Shown here: one piece after another, positions 1-10,407 of the stretch
Layout: each line of letters starts with the position of its first letter
Numbering within the stretch: the first letter of the stretch is position 1
Virus record (IMG/VR): IMGVR_UViG_3300012347_000581
Span: 1 to 31,912 of that record
From: a virus
Taxonomy: Duplodnaviria > Caudoviricetes
Reading direction: 5' to 3' (one strand)
DNA length: 31,912 bases
Translations under genes and position numbers: made by a program
Notes under the pieces: generated by a model
Told to the model about the DNA's origin: nothing
Databases searched by the model: none
The model's input: only the letters and a program-made list of their open reading frames with translations

Positions 1-509
1 CATTAATGGATCCAGAATTAGAAGATTTACCAACTGATTACTTACGTGGAGTTGACTTCCGCATTGCAAAAACATCTAAAGGTGGATTTGCTGATTACTC
101 AACATCTAAATGGAGTCGACGCGAACGTGCGTTAACTGACGTTGATTTAGAGGCTATTAAGAATCATAAATTATACAATTTAAGTGACTTTTTACCTAAG
201 AAGCCAACTGATGTTGAATTAAAAGTAATGAAAGAAATGTTTGAAGCAAGTGTCGACGGCGAAGCATATGATATGGAACGCTGGGGTCAGTACTTTAAAC
301 CAGCAGGTATGGGTCAAGCAACAGGTGATCCACATAAGCCAGCACAATCCACTGCTCCAGTAGCAAAATCTCGTCCAGCACCAGTTGCTTCAGAAGATGA
401 CTTACCGTGGGATGATGCTGTAGCAACATCTGCACCAGTAGCAGCACCGTCTGAAAGCACAAATCGTGCACAAGATATTCTTGCAATGATTCGCAATCGC
501 AAGCAATAA
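1..509 (+). CDS. ssDNA-binding protein (T4 gp32-like), C-terminal part; likely 5'-truncated by the window edge
   Basis: Frame is open upstream of 6; GVDFRIAKTSKGGFADYSTSKW resembles the gp32 core; low-complexity acidic tail (EDDLPWDD); directly upstream of uvsX. Confidence 0.75.
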   Translation, partial: LMDPELEDLPTDYLRGVDFRIAKTSKGGFADYSTSKWSRRERALTDVDLEAIKNHKLYNLSDFLPKKPTDVELKVMKEMFEASVDGEAYDMERWGQYFKPAGMGQATGDPHKPAQSTAPVAKSRPAPVASEDDLPWDDAVATSAPVAAPSESTNRAQDILAMIRNRKQ

Positions 510-521
510 GCTAGCTAAAAT

Positions 522-550
522 AAAGAGTGCGACATCGCACTCTTTTCTTT
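522..550 (+). terminator. Intrinsic terminator after SSB
   Basis: AAAGAGTGCGA-CA-TCGCACTCTTT inverted repeat followed by TCTTT. Confidence 0.75.
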
Positions 551-568
551 CCTCTATTAAGGCAAAAC

Positions 569-1645
569 ATGACGAAACCATTTGACATTACTAAATTCAG
601 AAAATCAATTACTAAATCTATTGAAGGACTCGGTATTGGTTTTAACGATCCAACTGATTGGGTCTCGACAGGTAACTACGCATTAAACTATTTGATTAGT
701 AACGATTGGAATAAAGGCATTCCGTTAGGCAAAGTTACTGTATTTGCAGGCGAATCAGGAGCAGGTAAAAGCTATATTTGTTCCGGTAATATTATTAAGA
801 ACGCACAAGAGCAAGGCATTTATGTAGTTCTTGTTGACAGTGAAAATGCACTTGACGAAGCTTGGCTTAAGGCGTTAGGTGTTGATACTAGTGAAGAGAA
901 ATTGCTAAAACTTAATATGGCAATGATCGACGATGTAGCAAAGACTATTTCGGAATTTATGAAAGAGTACAAAGTGATGGACGAAGCCACTCGCCCAAAA
1001 GTACTATTTGTAATCGACTCGTTAGGCATGCTATTAACACCTACTGATGTTAATCAATTCGAAGCAGGCGAAATGAAAGGAGATATGGGACGTAAACCTA
1101 AAGCTCTTACATCATTAGTTAGAAATTGTGTTAACATGTTTGGTAGTTACAATGTCGGTATGGTGTGTACAAATCACACGTATGCAAGTCAAGATATGTT
1201 TGACCCAGATGATAAAATTTCTGGTGGACAAGGATTCATCTATGCATCTAGTATTGTCGTTGCTATGCGTAAACTAAAACTAAAAACTGATGCCGACGGC
1301 AATAAAACAACTACTGTAAATGGTATCCGTGCAGCATGTAAAATCATGAAAACCAGATATGCTAAGCCATTTGAAGCAGTGCAGGTAGAAATTCCGTACG
1401 AAACTGGCATGAGTCCGTATAGTGGCCTAGTTGATTTATTCGAAGCTAAAAGCATCCTTAAAAAAGAAGGCAATAGTTTAGTATATACTACTACAGATGG
1501 CGAAATTATCAAGCAATTTCGAAAAGCTTGGGAACGTAATGAGAAGAACGGGCTGTCAATAATGATGGAAGATGTGTCAAAACACGGTGAAAAAACCGAA
1601 TCTGAGATAACTACTACAGTTAACTCAGAAACGGAGGAAGAGTAA
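569..1645 (+). CDS. uvsX: RecA/UvsX-family recombinase
   Basis: Walker A GESGAGKS, VDSENALD, Walker B FVIDSLG, SGG motif; ATG 569 (AAGG upstream) preferred over GTG 527, which lies inside the terminator. Confidence 0.93.
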   Translation: MTKPFDITKFRKSITKSIEGLGIGFNDPTDWVSTGNYALNYLISNDWNKGIPLGKVTVFAGESGAGKSYICSGNIIKNAQEQGIYVVLVDSENALDEAWLKALGVDTSEEKLLKLNMAMIDDVAKTISEFMKEYKVMDEATRPKVLFVIDSLGMLLTPTDVNQFEAGEMKGDMGRKPKALTSLVRNCVNMFGSYNVGMVCTNHTYASQDMFDPDDKISGGQGFIYASSIVVAMRKLKLKTDADGNKTTTVNGIRAACKIMKTRYAKPFEAVQVEIPYETGMSPYSGLVDLFEAKSILKKEGNSLVYTTTDGEIIKQFRKAWERNEKNGLSIMMEDVSKHGEKTESEITTTVNSETEEE

Positions 1646-1869
1646 TGGGCGAAGAATTAATTGCAGACATTTGGACATTAGTAGTAGAGCACATCCCGGA
1701 AAAATACAGGAAGGATGTTGCTGCAGATTTTGTAAATGCGTTATTAGATCACGACATCAAAGAAGTTGTATTGAAGGAATTAAAAGGTGTTGATACATAC
1801 TTAGACGTAGCAATTGACTATGTAATTGATGTTGACGATGATATTGATATCGAATACGACGAAGAATAA
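1645..1869 (+). CDS. Small acidic hypothetical protein
   Basis: 74 aa, TAATG-coupled to uvsX, GGAGG upstream. Confidence 0.75.
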   Translation: MGEELIADIWTLVVEHIPEKYRKDVAADFVNALLDHDIKEVVLKELKGVDTYLDVAIDYVIDVDDDIDIEYDEE

Positions 1870-1871
1870 AT

Positions 1872-2327
1872 ATGAATTGGTATGACAAAGTTAGTAAAGA
1901 CATTTCTAATATTCCATCCGCGGCAGCGTACTATGAAGCTGAATTATTAACAGCAAAGTATGATACTCGGATATCTGGTTTATTAGAAAAATCAGCAGCA
2001 AATATGCCCGGTATTGTTGAAAATAGATTTAATCAGCTTCAAGAAATCGAAGCTATTTTAGAATATCTCAATATCGAGTTACGTCGACTACGCAGTCAGC
2101 ACTTTCGCAAATATTTAGAATCGTATCAACGAGCATTATCCTCTAGAGATTGTGAAAGATTTGTTGATGGAGAATCTGATGTAATTGATTTTGAAAAAAT
2201 TATTAATGATTTTGCATTACTGAGAAATAAATGGCTAGGTATTATTAAAGCACTTGATAATAAATCATTTTCGATCAGTAATATAATTAAATTAAGAACA
2301 GCTGGTCTAGACGACGTGACATTATAA
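1872..2327 (+). CDS. uvsY: UvsY-like recombination mediator
   Basis: 151-aa helical protein; C-terminal KSFSISNIIKLRTAG resembles the UvsY end; next to uvsX. Confidence 0.7.
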   Translation: MNWYDKVSKDISNIPSAAAYYEAELLTAKYDTRISGLLEKSAANMPGIVENRFNQLQEIEAILEYLNIELRRLRSQHFRKYLESYQRALSSRDCERFVDGESDVIDFEKIINDFALLRNKWLGIIKALDNKSFSISNIIKLRTAGLDDVTL

Positions 2328-2332
2328 TAAGT

Positions 2333-2361
2333 AAAATAGGAGCAATTGCTCCTATTTTTTT
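2333..2361 (+). terminator. Intrinsic terminator
   Basis: AAAATAGGAGC-AATT-GCTCCTATTTT plus T run. Confidence 0.85.
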
Positions 2362-2367
2362 GACTTG

Positions 2368-2374
2368 ATAAATA
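2368..2374 (+). promoter_or_regulatory. T4-late-like promoter (ATAAATA)
   Basis: ATAAATA ends 5 nt before ATG 2380; the same motif precedes other putative late genes. Confidence 0.5.
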
Positions 2375-2379
2375 GCTGC

Positions 2380-3075
2380 ATGAATACTAATATATCAATA
2401 ATACCTGTTTTTATCGGATACGATCCGCGAGAAGCTATCGCATATCATGTATGTACTAACAGTATAATCCGACACTCGAGTCAACCTATATCACTAACTC
2501 CTCTGGCATTACAAACACTACAAGGGTATCAAGAAACGCATACTGACGGTAGTAATCAATTCATTTATTCTAGATTTTTAGTCCCACACTTAACTCAATA
2601 TAATGGTTGGGCAATTTTTATGGATGGAGATATGATTGTTCGAGAAGATTTAACTAAATTATGGAATCTTAGAGACGATACAAAAGCAGTAATGGTAGTC
2701 AAACATAGTTATCAAACAAAAATGGCTGAAAAATATCTCGGTGCAAAAAATGAAAATTATCCAAGAAAGAATTGGTCTAGCGTAATTTTATGGAATTGTA
2801 ATCACCCTAGCAATAAAGTAGTTACACCGGAGCTAATTCAACAGTCTACTGGATCGTACTTACATCGATTTTCTTGGTTAACTGACAACGAAATTGGAGA
2901 TTTACCAGTTGAGTGGAATTGGCTACCAGACGAATTTGGGCCAAACCCTAATGCAAATTTACTCCATTATACGCTAGGCACTCCTAGTTTTTTAGAGTTT
3001 ACAGATACTCCAATGGGAAATGAATGGCATCGAGAACGAATTTACACTAATTACTGTTTACAGCGAATTATATGA
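2380..3075 (+). CDS. Glycosyltransferase, GT-A fold
   Basis: VFIGYD, F-YSRFLVP, DxD (FMDGDM), NWSSV, LHYTLGTP. Confidence 0.8.
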   Translation: MNTNISIIPVFIGYDPREAIAYHVCTNSIIRHSSQPISLTPLALQTLQGYQETHTDGSNQFIYSRFLVPHLTQYNGWAIFMDGDMIVREDLTKLWNLRDDTKAVMVVKHSYQTKMAEKYLGAKNENYPRKNWSSVILWNCNHPSNKVVTPELIQQSTGSYLHRFSWLTDNEIGDLPVEWNWLPDEFGPNPNANLLHYTLGTPSFLEFTDTPMGNEWHRERIYTNYCLQRII

Positions 3076-3863
3076 TTTTTTTAAGTAAAGACGCATCCGA
3101 CGAGTATGTTAATATGTGTGCTGCGGGGTGCAACACACTACCGACAAGTATTGAAAATTTTGTGTATGAAGATAACTTTGAACCGTTAGTATTAAGAGGT
3201 ATTCTCAAACATAAAATAATGAAAAGATGTTGGCAAGATAATCGAACATTTTTTTATATAGATACTGGTTATTTCGGAAATGAAAAGTCTAGCACAAATC
3301 CAAACGGGTGGAAATATTGGCATAGAATTGTAAAAAATAATCTTCAACATACTAATATAATTCCTAGGCCTGACGACCGATTTAAACAATTTAATAAGCA
3401 ATTTACACCTTGGAAAAAATCTGGAAGATCTATTTTAATAGCTGCTCCTGACGAAAAACCTTGCAAATTTTACGGTATATCTAAAGACGATTGGGTTAAT
3501 CAAACAGTCGATCAGCTCAAAAAATTTACAGATCGACCAATTATTGTAAGAGACAGAGCTCCTAAGCGCATTGATAGAATAGCAACAAATACTTTGCAAA
3601 GTGCGTTGAACAACGACGTATTTGCATTAGTAACTTATAACAGTGTTGCTGCAATCGAATCGATATTTCACGGTATACCAGCATTTACATTAGCACCAGT
3701 AAATGCAGCTAGCCCAGTGTCGCTACAAGATTTAAGCCAAATAGAAACTCCATATTATGCAGATTATGATAAATTATATGCATGGGGGTGTCACTTGTCG
3801 TACGGACAGTTTCACATATCAGAGTTAAAAAACGGCAACGCATTTAAAATTTTAAAGGACTAA
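3072..3863 (+). CDS. Capsule-biosynthesis-like (KpsC/KpsS-type) putative glycosyltransferase
   Basis: YIDTGY; DRPIIVR; C-terminal VTYNSVAAIESIFHGIP; paralogous to 4537 and 13092. Confidence 0.55.
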   Translation: MIFLSKDASDEYVNMCAAGCNTLPTSIENFVYEDNFEPLVLRGILKHKIMKRCWQDNRTFFYIDTGYFGNEKSSTNPNGWKYWHRIVKNNLQHTNIIPRPDDRFKQFNKQFTPWKKSGRSILIAAPDEKPCKFYGISKDDWVNQTVDQLKKFTDRPIIVRDRAPKRIDRIATNTLQSALNNDVFALVTYNSVAAIESIFHGIPAFTLAPVNAASPVSLQDLSQIETPYYADYDKLYAWGCHLSYGQFHISELKNGNAFKILKD

Positions 3864-4562
3864 ATGAATTTACACTTTGTAACTAGCATATCAAAAGAAT
3901 ATTGGTATAGTACAGCTAGATTTTGCATTAATACTTGGGACTTACCAGGAACAGTTACTGTGTTTGTTGATCAAAAAGATGGCGACTTAACATGGATTTC
4001 GGAAATTGTAGCAGACAACATCGTCCTGTTAGATGTTCCAGCAATTAACACTCCTGAACACAAAAGATCTAAAGTTAGAAAATTTTGGGGCAAAGCATAT
4101 TCTCAAATTGTCGCAATTAGATCACGCGGATTGAATGAACGAATTATATGGGTTGATTCGGATGTTGAGCAAATTGATGTAGCCGATGCAGAATTATTTA
4201 ATTTCGAATTCGCAGAACCGTTTGCTATATTAAATTCCGAAGATGCCGAAGACTGTTGGGAAACTGGAATTGTATTATTTAATCAACAATACGGAAAACT
4301 AAATCAACTAATAAAAAGATACGAACGATCATGGCACGACGACGATTTTTTATCGTCATTATGGAGACCGTACGATACACAAGTACTCGGTGACATTGCT
4401 TTAGATAAGGGATTCTTAAATTTATGCGATGCTAAATGTAAAAATGTTAATGCATTAGAAAATAGTCGGTATTCGACTGCATTTAAACATTGGATTAACA
4501 AAGATAATAAAAAACTACTTTCAGATATACAACTCAATGACAACAGTAGCGATTTATCATAA
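3864..4562 (+). CDS. Putative nucleotide-sugar transferase (GT-A)
   Basis: KFWGK...IIWVDSD (DxD), ETG, YD; paralog of 11860-12669. Confidence 0.6.
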   Translation: MNLHFVTSISKEYWYSTARFCINTWDLPGTVTVFVDQKDGDLTWISEIVADNIVLLDVPAINTPEHKRSKVRKFWGKAYSQIVAIRSRGLNERIIWVDSDVEQIDVADAELFNFEFAEPFAILNSEDAEDCWETGIVLFNQQYGKLNQLIKRYERSWHDDDFLSSLWRPYDTQVLGDIALDKGFLNLCDAKCKNVNALENSRYSTAFKHWINKDNKKLLSDIQLNDNSSDLS

Positions 4563-5472
4563 ATCAGTCCCTAATGCAAAAAGCCAAGAAAAGATAGATT
4601 TATTAAATTTTTTCTCACAAGGTGTTTCAGTAACTGGTGATGTTGCTATAAATGTTAACGACTACAACTATCAATTAACTGATGTTGGAGTTATTCAAGG
4701 ATGGGTACATACAGGATCTAAGTCAGGCCTGCACTTACAACTGCGAAATCAAGTAGTTCAATCACAGCTATTAGCAAAAAAATATGTAATAGCTGTTGAT
4801 AGTAATTTGTTTTTGTATGCAAATACATTAAATCCTATGCACTATCTTCGATATAGTTTCAATGGAGTGTTTCCAAATACTGGAATTTACTGCGATACGT
4901 TAGTCGACCCTACTCGATGGCAAACTATTAGTAAAGATCTCGGTTTAACTTTAAAAGATTATCGAACATCGGGGGACCATATTTTATTGTGTTTACAGCG
5001 TAATGGCGGTTGGAGTATGGGTTCAGTTGATGTACAAGACTGGGCAATACAGACTATTAATTCACTGCGTAAAGTTAGCGATCGTACAATAATAATTCGT
5101 CCACATCCCGGAGATAAAGCTAGTAAAGAATATCTTAATCCTGCTAATCCGAAATGTAAAATTAAGTTTTCTAAGCGAGTTAGATTAAGTACTAACCCGC
5201 ATTTAGTTGACGATTTAAAGAATTGTTGGGCAGCTGTAAATTACAATTCTAGTTCAGTAGTCGGGGCAGCAATAGAAGGTATTCCTATATTTGTAACAGA
5301 TTATACAAAGAGTCAATGCATTGAAATTGCAAATACAGATATTACACAAATTGAGAATCCGGTATTGTACAATAGACAGCAATGGGTTGAACGATTAAGT
5401 ATGTTCCATTGGAATTTTAACGATCTTAAAACTGGAAAATGCTGGGCACATATGAGATCATTTATACAGTAA
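4537..5472 (+). CDS. Capsule-biosynthesis-like putative glycosyltransferase
   Basis: IRPHPGD and YNSSSVVGAAIEGIP motifs. Confidence 0.55.
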   Translation: MTTVAIYHKSVPNAKSQEKIDLLNFFSQGVSVTGDVAINVNDYNYQLTDVGVIQGWVHTGSKSGLHLQLRNQVVQSQLLAKKYVIAVDSNLFLYANTLNPMHYLRYSFNGVFPNTGIYCDTLVDPTRWQTISKDLGLTLKDYRTSGDHILLCLQRNGGWSMGSVDVQDWAIQTINSLRKVSDRTIIIRPHPGDKASKEYLNPANPKCKIKFSKRVRLSTNPHLVDDLKNCWAAVNYNSSSVVGAAIEGIPIFVTDYTKSQCIEIANTDITQIENPVLYNRQQWVERLSMFHWNFNDLKTGKCWAHMRSFIQ

Positions 5473-6285
5473 TAGCTGTTCAATAGAGTAGAGTTTTTGC
5501 ATATAAGTTGACGGATTAGTTAATACACTTGACTCTAAATCACCGACTCTTCTTGGACGCTCAACAACTTCGAAGTTACAATTATTTACATGTTTAAAAA
5601 TCTCAATCATTTCTTTAACTGAGGTTCCTACTCCGTGCCCTAGATTTTCTATTGTTCCAGACGGAGTAGCTATTCCTTTAGCAATACCGTTGCAAATTTC
5701 ACTTACATGTGTATAATCACGAATACACGTTCCGTCTTTAGTATTATAATCTACTCCATATAAGTTAAATACGCCAGTTTTCTTGGCGTTAAGTAAACAT
5801 GCTAATAGTGTGTCTTTTCTCATACCGGCACCTGTAGTACCAGTAACATTATAAAATCTAAAAATAGTAAATGCAATATCATTTTCTTTGCAATATTGCG
5901 CAACAATATCTTCGGCCATCCTTTTAGATATCCCATACGGACTTCCCAGTCCTGCCGCTGACCCAGTAGATGCTAGTATAAAATTTTGAGTTTTAATATT
6001 TTTAAGCACATTTAATGTACCTAATACATTGGTAACATAATATAGTGCAGGGTTTAATACACTTGGACTAACAGATACTTCGGCAGCAAGATGCACAACT
6101 GCTTCATACTCGGTTGATATGCCCCAACTCGAATCATCAACTATATCTTTGTTGATGAATGTATGCACTGGTATTGCTGGCAATTGCTTATCTAAACCAT
6201 GTATTTCTACAGATTGATTAGATAATAACTCTGTAAGGTGGGACCCAATATAGCCGGCATTTCCGGTTATTAATATTTTACTCAT
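5458..6285 (-). CDS. NAD-dependent epimerase/dehydratase (GalE-like)
   Basis: GNAGYIG, HLAA, YGISK (YxxxK), RFYNV, DGTCIRDYTHV. Confidence 0.9.
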   Translation of the reverse strand: MSKILITGNAGYIGSHLTELLSNQSVEIHGLDKQLPAIPVHTFINKDIVDDSSWGISTEYEAVVHLAAEVSVSPSVLNPALYYVTNVLGTLNVLKNIKTQNFILASTGSAAGLGSPYGISKRMAEDIVAQYCKENDIAFTIFRFYNVTGTTGAGMRKDTLLACLLNAKKTGVFNLYGVDYNTKDGTCIRDYTHVSEICNGIAKGIATPSGTIENLGHGVGTSVKEMIEIFKHVNNCNFEVVERPRRVGDLESSVLTNPSTYMQKLYSIEQLLLYK

Positions 6286-7102
6286 TTATAAATGCTTTTA
6301 ATTCTTTAAGTTGTGTATCATAATCAGCAATATTAAAATTAAAATCAGTCCTAGTATTGACCAAGATTTTATTAACTGGTTTGTCACTAGCAGTCTGCAC
6401 AACTGTTTTCTTTAACTGAAAAATTTTATTAATTTTCGTTAGTAGTGTAAACTTATCAATAGTGTTATCGTTACTAACGAGATGATAAACTCCGCTTATT
6501 ACTGGGTTTTCGACATACTGAACAATGCACTTTGCTAGTTGTAACGTTGTAATTCCGTTCCACAATACATTATCCCAACCGTTTATTGTTTTGCTGGTAT
6601 TGTTAGATATCCAGTTGAATAACCCTGTTCCTGCTTTCTTAAGTTCGGGTCCTATGATACTAGTCCTGAATGTAATATCTTTAGCATTATTAATTTCACC
6701 GTGTGACTTTGATAAGCCGTATGGGTTAGTTTCGGTATGAGTCGCTGTTTCGATATAATTTCCTACTTTGCCATCAAACACACAATCAGTTGACAAGTGA
6801 ATAAGTTTTGTAGTGGTATCTTTTAACTTATGCTCAACAAACAACGGAAACCACGAATTAATAATGTCAGCTCGTGTTGGATTATCGATGCTATCTTTAA
6901 CTAATAATCCAATGCAATTAATTATAAAATCGCAATCAGGCATCTCTTCAAAAAATTTATGAACTGCAAGAATATCTTCAACATTAAGTAAATAATCAGC
7001 ATTAGATTTTGCTACAGTAATCACTTCGTACTTTTGCAATTTAAGATATTGAGTTATAATATGACCGGCCATACCATTAGCACCTAATATCATAATTTTC
7101 AT
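6278..7102 (-). CDS. RmlD-like NDP-4-keto-6-deoxyhexose reductase
   Basis: GANGMAG, HLSTDCVFDG, YGLSK, RTSIIG. Confidence 0.88.
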   Translation of the reverse strand: MKIMILGANGMAGHIITQYLKLQKYEVITVAKSNADYLLNVEDILAVHKFFEEMPDCDFIINCIGLLVKDSIDNPTRADIINSWFPLFVEHKLKDTTTKLIHLSTDCVFDGKVGNYIETATHTETNPYGLSKSHGEINNAKDITFRTSIIGPELKKAGTGLFNWISNNTSKTINGWDNVLWNGITTLQLAKCIVQYVENPVISGVYHLVSNDNTIDKFTLLTKINKIFQLKKTVVQTASDKPVNKILVNTRTDFNFNIADYDTQLKELKAFINE

Positions 7103-7827
7103 ATAGTATCCTTTGTATTAATTAGTGTATTTAACTTGTGAGATTCGACAAATTTTGCAATATTTTGTAAACCGATATGTTGTTTAGTTTTATTAGTTGA
7201 TGCAGCACTGTCGTGAATTCTTACTGAAGTTAATCCTTGATTAATACCACCTAGTATATACTTAGAAGTTAGTAAAATCCATAAGCATACATCTTCTCCT
7301 ATGCTAAATTCTTCTGGAAACTTGTTTTCTTTAAAGATAGCAGTTAACCCCATAACAGTAGGAGTTGCAATTTTACACTTGTTGATAATTTCTGGAAACA
7401 CATTACCGTGTAGCTTACCGGTTCCTTTTATATCAAACAACTTGCCGTCAGAATTAATTTTATTATACGAAGTATGGCTTAATGCTAAGTCGTTTAGCTC
7501 CATAAATTCAATTTGAGTTTTTAATTTATTAGGCAAAAATAAATCATCTGAATCTAAAAATGCAATATATTTTCCAGTTGCATGCAAAATTCCGGTATTT
7601 CTAGCTTTAGCAGGGCCTGCATTTTCTTGGCGAAGATATACAATTCTATTATCAGTAGTACACAGGTCGATTAAATCTGTTATATCTTCAGTTGAACCAT
7701 CATCAATTAACAATAATTCAAAATTATTATGAGTTTGAGACAATACGCTACGAATCGATTCAATGGTCCAGTCGACTCTATTAAAAAATGGCATTATCAC
7801 TGATACTTTAATATCGGTATAGCTCAT
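7099..7827 (-). CDS. GT2 glycosyltransferase
   Basis: SVIMP, IDDGSTE, NAGPAKARNTG, FLDSDD, GED. Confidence 0.92.
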   Translation of the reverse strand: MSYTDIKVSVIMPFFNRVDWTIESIRSVLSQTHNNFELLLIDDGSTEDITDLIDLCTTDNRIVYLRQENAGPAKARNTGILHATGKYIAFLDSDDLFLPNKLKTQIEFMELNDLALSHTSYNKINSDGKLFDIKGTGKLHGNVFPEIINKCKIATPTVMGLTAIFKENKFPEEFSIGEDVCLWILLTSKYILGGINQGLTSVRIHDSAASTNKTKQHIGLQNIAKFVESHKLNTLINTKDTI

Positions 7828-8804
7828 ATAAATTTTCCAGCAGTTAGCATAATTTTAATTTCTGATTTATTCATTATTTTAGTCTTTGATGAAAACTCGG
7901 TATATGGAAATTTGTCGAGATCTTTATATTTGTTAATTAATTCGTCTGAACAATTAACTGGCAAAGTTACAAAATAATCAGGACCATAACTATAAGACAA
8001 TACAGCTTCGTGTTCGGAAATTAGCATTTCGTCAAGCTTTTCTCCAGGACGAGTACCAGTTTCGACGATGTCGACGGTACCATAATGATCCATTAGCACT
8101 TCAGCTAAATCAGTAATGTAGCAAGCTGGCATATTCATTACAAACGTTTCTCCGCCGATGCTATCTGTCGATGCTTTAAACAACAAATTAATAGCTTCTT
8201 CTAACGTTAAAAAGAATCTAGTCATTTGTTTGTTAGTGATAGTAAGAGGACCACCATTTTTAATTTGTTCTACAAAAAACGGAATAACAGAGCCGTTCGA
8301 ACCCATAACATTACCTCCTCTCACACACACAAATTTAGTAGTATCTGATAACGTATTTGCCTGAATTATTAATTTCTCGCCTACTGATTTAGTCATTCCG
8401 TACAAGTTGAGAGGCTCAACAGCTTTATCAGTTGATACGTCAATAACCTTTTTAACTTTATTCTCAATAGCAGCATTTACAACATTCGTTGTACCTATAA
8501 TATTAGTTTTAATTGCTTCTTGTGGATGATCTTCACAAATAGGTACATGCTTTAGTGCAGCTAGATGAAAAATATAATCTACATTTTTAGTAGCAAATTT
8601 GACAGCATCTATATCTCGAATATCGCCAATTATGAATTTAATTTTATTATTATTAAATTTTCTCTGCATTAGAACTTGTTGGAGCTCTCCTCTAGAAAAA
8701 CAAATAATTTCTTTTACATTGTAGTTCTCTAATAACAGTCGAGTTAGTGTTTGTCCCCACGACCCAGTTCCGCCAGTTATTAAAATTCTTGATCCGTTAA
8801 ACAT
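7824..8804 (-). CDS. fnlA: UDP-GlcNAc 4,6-dehydratase (WbjB/FnlA/CapE family)
   Basis: GGTGSWG, AALKHVP, STDKAV, YGMTK, GNVMGSNGSV, MTRF, RPGEKL. Confidence 0.85.
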   Translation of the reverse strand: MFNGSRILITGGTGSWGQTLTRLLLENYNVKEIICFSRGELQQVLMQRKFNNNKIKFIIGDIRDIDAVKFATKNVDYIFHLAALKHVPICEDHPQEAIKTNIIGTTNVVNAAIENKVKKVIDVSTDKAVEPLNLYGMTKSVGEKLIIQANTLSDTTKFVCVRGGNVMGSNGSVIPFFVEQIKNGGPLTITNKQMTRFFLTLEEAINLLFKASTDSIGGETFVMNMPACYITDLAEVLMDHYGTVDIVETGTRPGEKLDEMLISEHEAVLSYSYGPDYFVTLPVNCSDELINKYKDLDKFPYTEFSSKTKIMNKSEIKIMLTAGKFI

Positions 8805-8812
8805 AATTTTCC

Positions 8813-9883
8813 TTAATTTGATAAAATAATACTAACAACTGTATCTGAAACATTGTCTTTTGTATACTCTAATGGTATACTCCAATCTGTCGATTTCACT
8901 TTCATTAATTGATAGCATCTTAGTATGCTTTCGGTAGTTAATCCACTAACAACATTTGACCCGCACCAAACAGTCTCTGGTCTTTCTGTAGTTTCTCGTA
9001 TAGTTATAGTCGGTATATTAAATAAACACATTTCTTCTTGAACAGTCCCGGAGTCACTAATTGCCATGATGCTATTTTGTTCTAATTTAACAAAATCGAA
9101 AAACCCTAGTGGTTCAGTAATTATAATATTTGGGTTTTGCACATTAATATTAAATTTTAATAATTTTTGCTTCGTCCTAGGATGACAACTAAAAATTATT
9201 TTATATTCCTTAGATATCTCTTCAAAGCTGTTAAAAATACTAAGCAGTCGTTGATCATTATCGACATTTTCTGCTCGATGCGCAGTAGCAATAATGTACT
9301 TATTTTTCTCAAGGCCTAATGTGTTTAAAATAGAAGATTGTTGGATTTCAGCATTGTAATATGTTAGTACTTCTTTGATTGGATTTCCAGTTACTAAGAT
9401 TTTATTGTTTGGAATATTTTCTCTTAATAAATTTTGTCTACTTAATTCAGTATAAGGTAAATTTATAGTTGATATAGAGTCTATTATTTTTCTATTTTTT
9501 TCTTCTGGAACTAGCAAATCATAGCATCGATTCCCGGCTTCCATATGATATACTGGAATTCCTAATCTTTCACATATTATTGCCGAAAGCCCTGAATTAG
9601 TATCGCCTAATATTAATACTCGATCTGGGTTAAATTCTGATATACATTTTTCAACACCTACAAACGTATTACCTAATTGCTGTGCAAAACTGGAATTAGT
9701 ATTACTAATAATATAATCCGGTTTTCTTATGTTTAATTGATCAAAAAATATATCGTTTAAATTCTGATCGTAATTTTGACCAGTATGTAATATTTTGTGA
9801 TTACATAATTTGTCTAACTTTGGAATAATTCTAGACAATCTAATAATTTCCGGTCGAGTTCCTAATATTGTTAATATTTTCAT
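8813..9883 (-). CDS. fnlC: UDP-HexNAc 2-epimerase (WbjD/FnlC type)
   Basis: GTRPEIIRLS, HTGQNYD, LGDTNS, HMEAGNRC, PEE-NR, SDSGTVQEE, TERPE. Confidence 0.88.
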   Translation of the reverse strand: MKILTILGTRPEIIRLSRIIPKLDKLCNHKILHTGQNYDQNLNDIFFDQLNIRKPDYIISNTNSSFAQQLGNTFVGVEKCISEFNPDRVLILGDTNSGLSAIICERLGIPVYHMEAGNRCYDLLVPEEKNRKIIDSISTINLPYTELSRQNLLRENIPNNKILVTGNPIKEVLTYYNAEIQQSSILNTLGLEKNKYIIATAHRAENVDNDQRLLSIFNSFEEISKEYKIIFSCHPRTKQKLLKFNINVQNPNIIITEPLGFFDFVKLEQNSIMAISDSGTVQEEMCLFNIPTITIRETTERPETVWCGSNVVSGLTTESILRCYQLMKVKSTDWSIPLEYTKDNVSDTVVSIILSN

Positions 9884-10407
9884 TTTTGAAAATACCCTAC
9901 AAAGTAGTGCTGTAACTTAGGTAAACGAATTTCAGTCCAATCTAAGAAATCATCTTTGCTCCACATACTTTTATGTAAGTCGTATGTATTGTTAAAACAC
10001 CATAACGACGGATCGTCGACATGTTCGTGATTTTGCGTCCATATTGTTTCTAACGGTGTAAGTATAAAAATCTTTTTATTAACTAGTTGTTTACACTGTT
10101 CAATAATAGTTTTACCATTTGCTTTATCAACATGTTCGATAAAATCAATCATTAAAATATAGTCAACTGGTTCAGATATTAATGATTTTAGACTTGTTTT
10201 TTCTAAGTCGGCAAGAATATCAGGGTGAACTTCACTCCATGCATCAATTGTTATTACATTACTAGCAATTTCTAAAAATGGAGAAGAATACAATTTTGGA
10301 CCGCACCCTATATCTAATAACGAACACTGGGGTTCTATGTTATCTTTTAAATATTCCAATAGTGCGTCATTAGAATACGCTAATTTTCCGTTTATGATAT
10401 GTTTCAT
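9880..10407 (-). CDS. Class I SAM-dependent methyltransferase
   Basis: LLDIGCG motif I; DFIEHV. Confidence 0.8.
   Translation of the reverse strand: MKHIINGKLAYSNDALLEYLKDNIEPQCSLLDIGCGPKLYSSPFLEIASNVITIDAWSEVHPDILADLEKTSLKSLISEPVDYILMIDFIEHVDKANGKTIIEQCKQLVNKKIFILTPLETIWTQNHEHVDDPSLWCFNNTYDLHKSMWSKDDFLDWTEIRLPKLQHYFVGYFQK

Noticed and set aside
527-568. Track start for uvsX at 527 (similarly 2365, 12681, 18082)
   Set aside because: Upstream extensions overlap a terminator, promoter or neighbouring gene; downstream ATGs fit better
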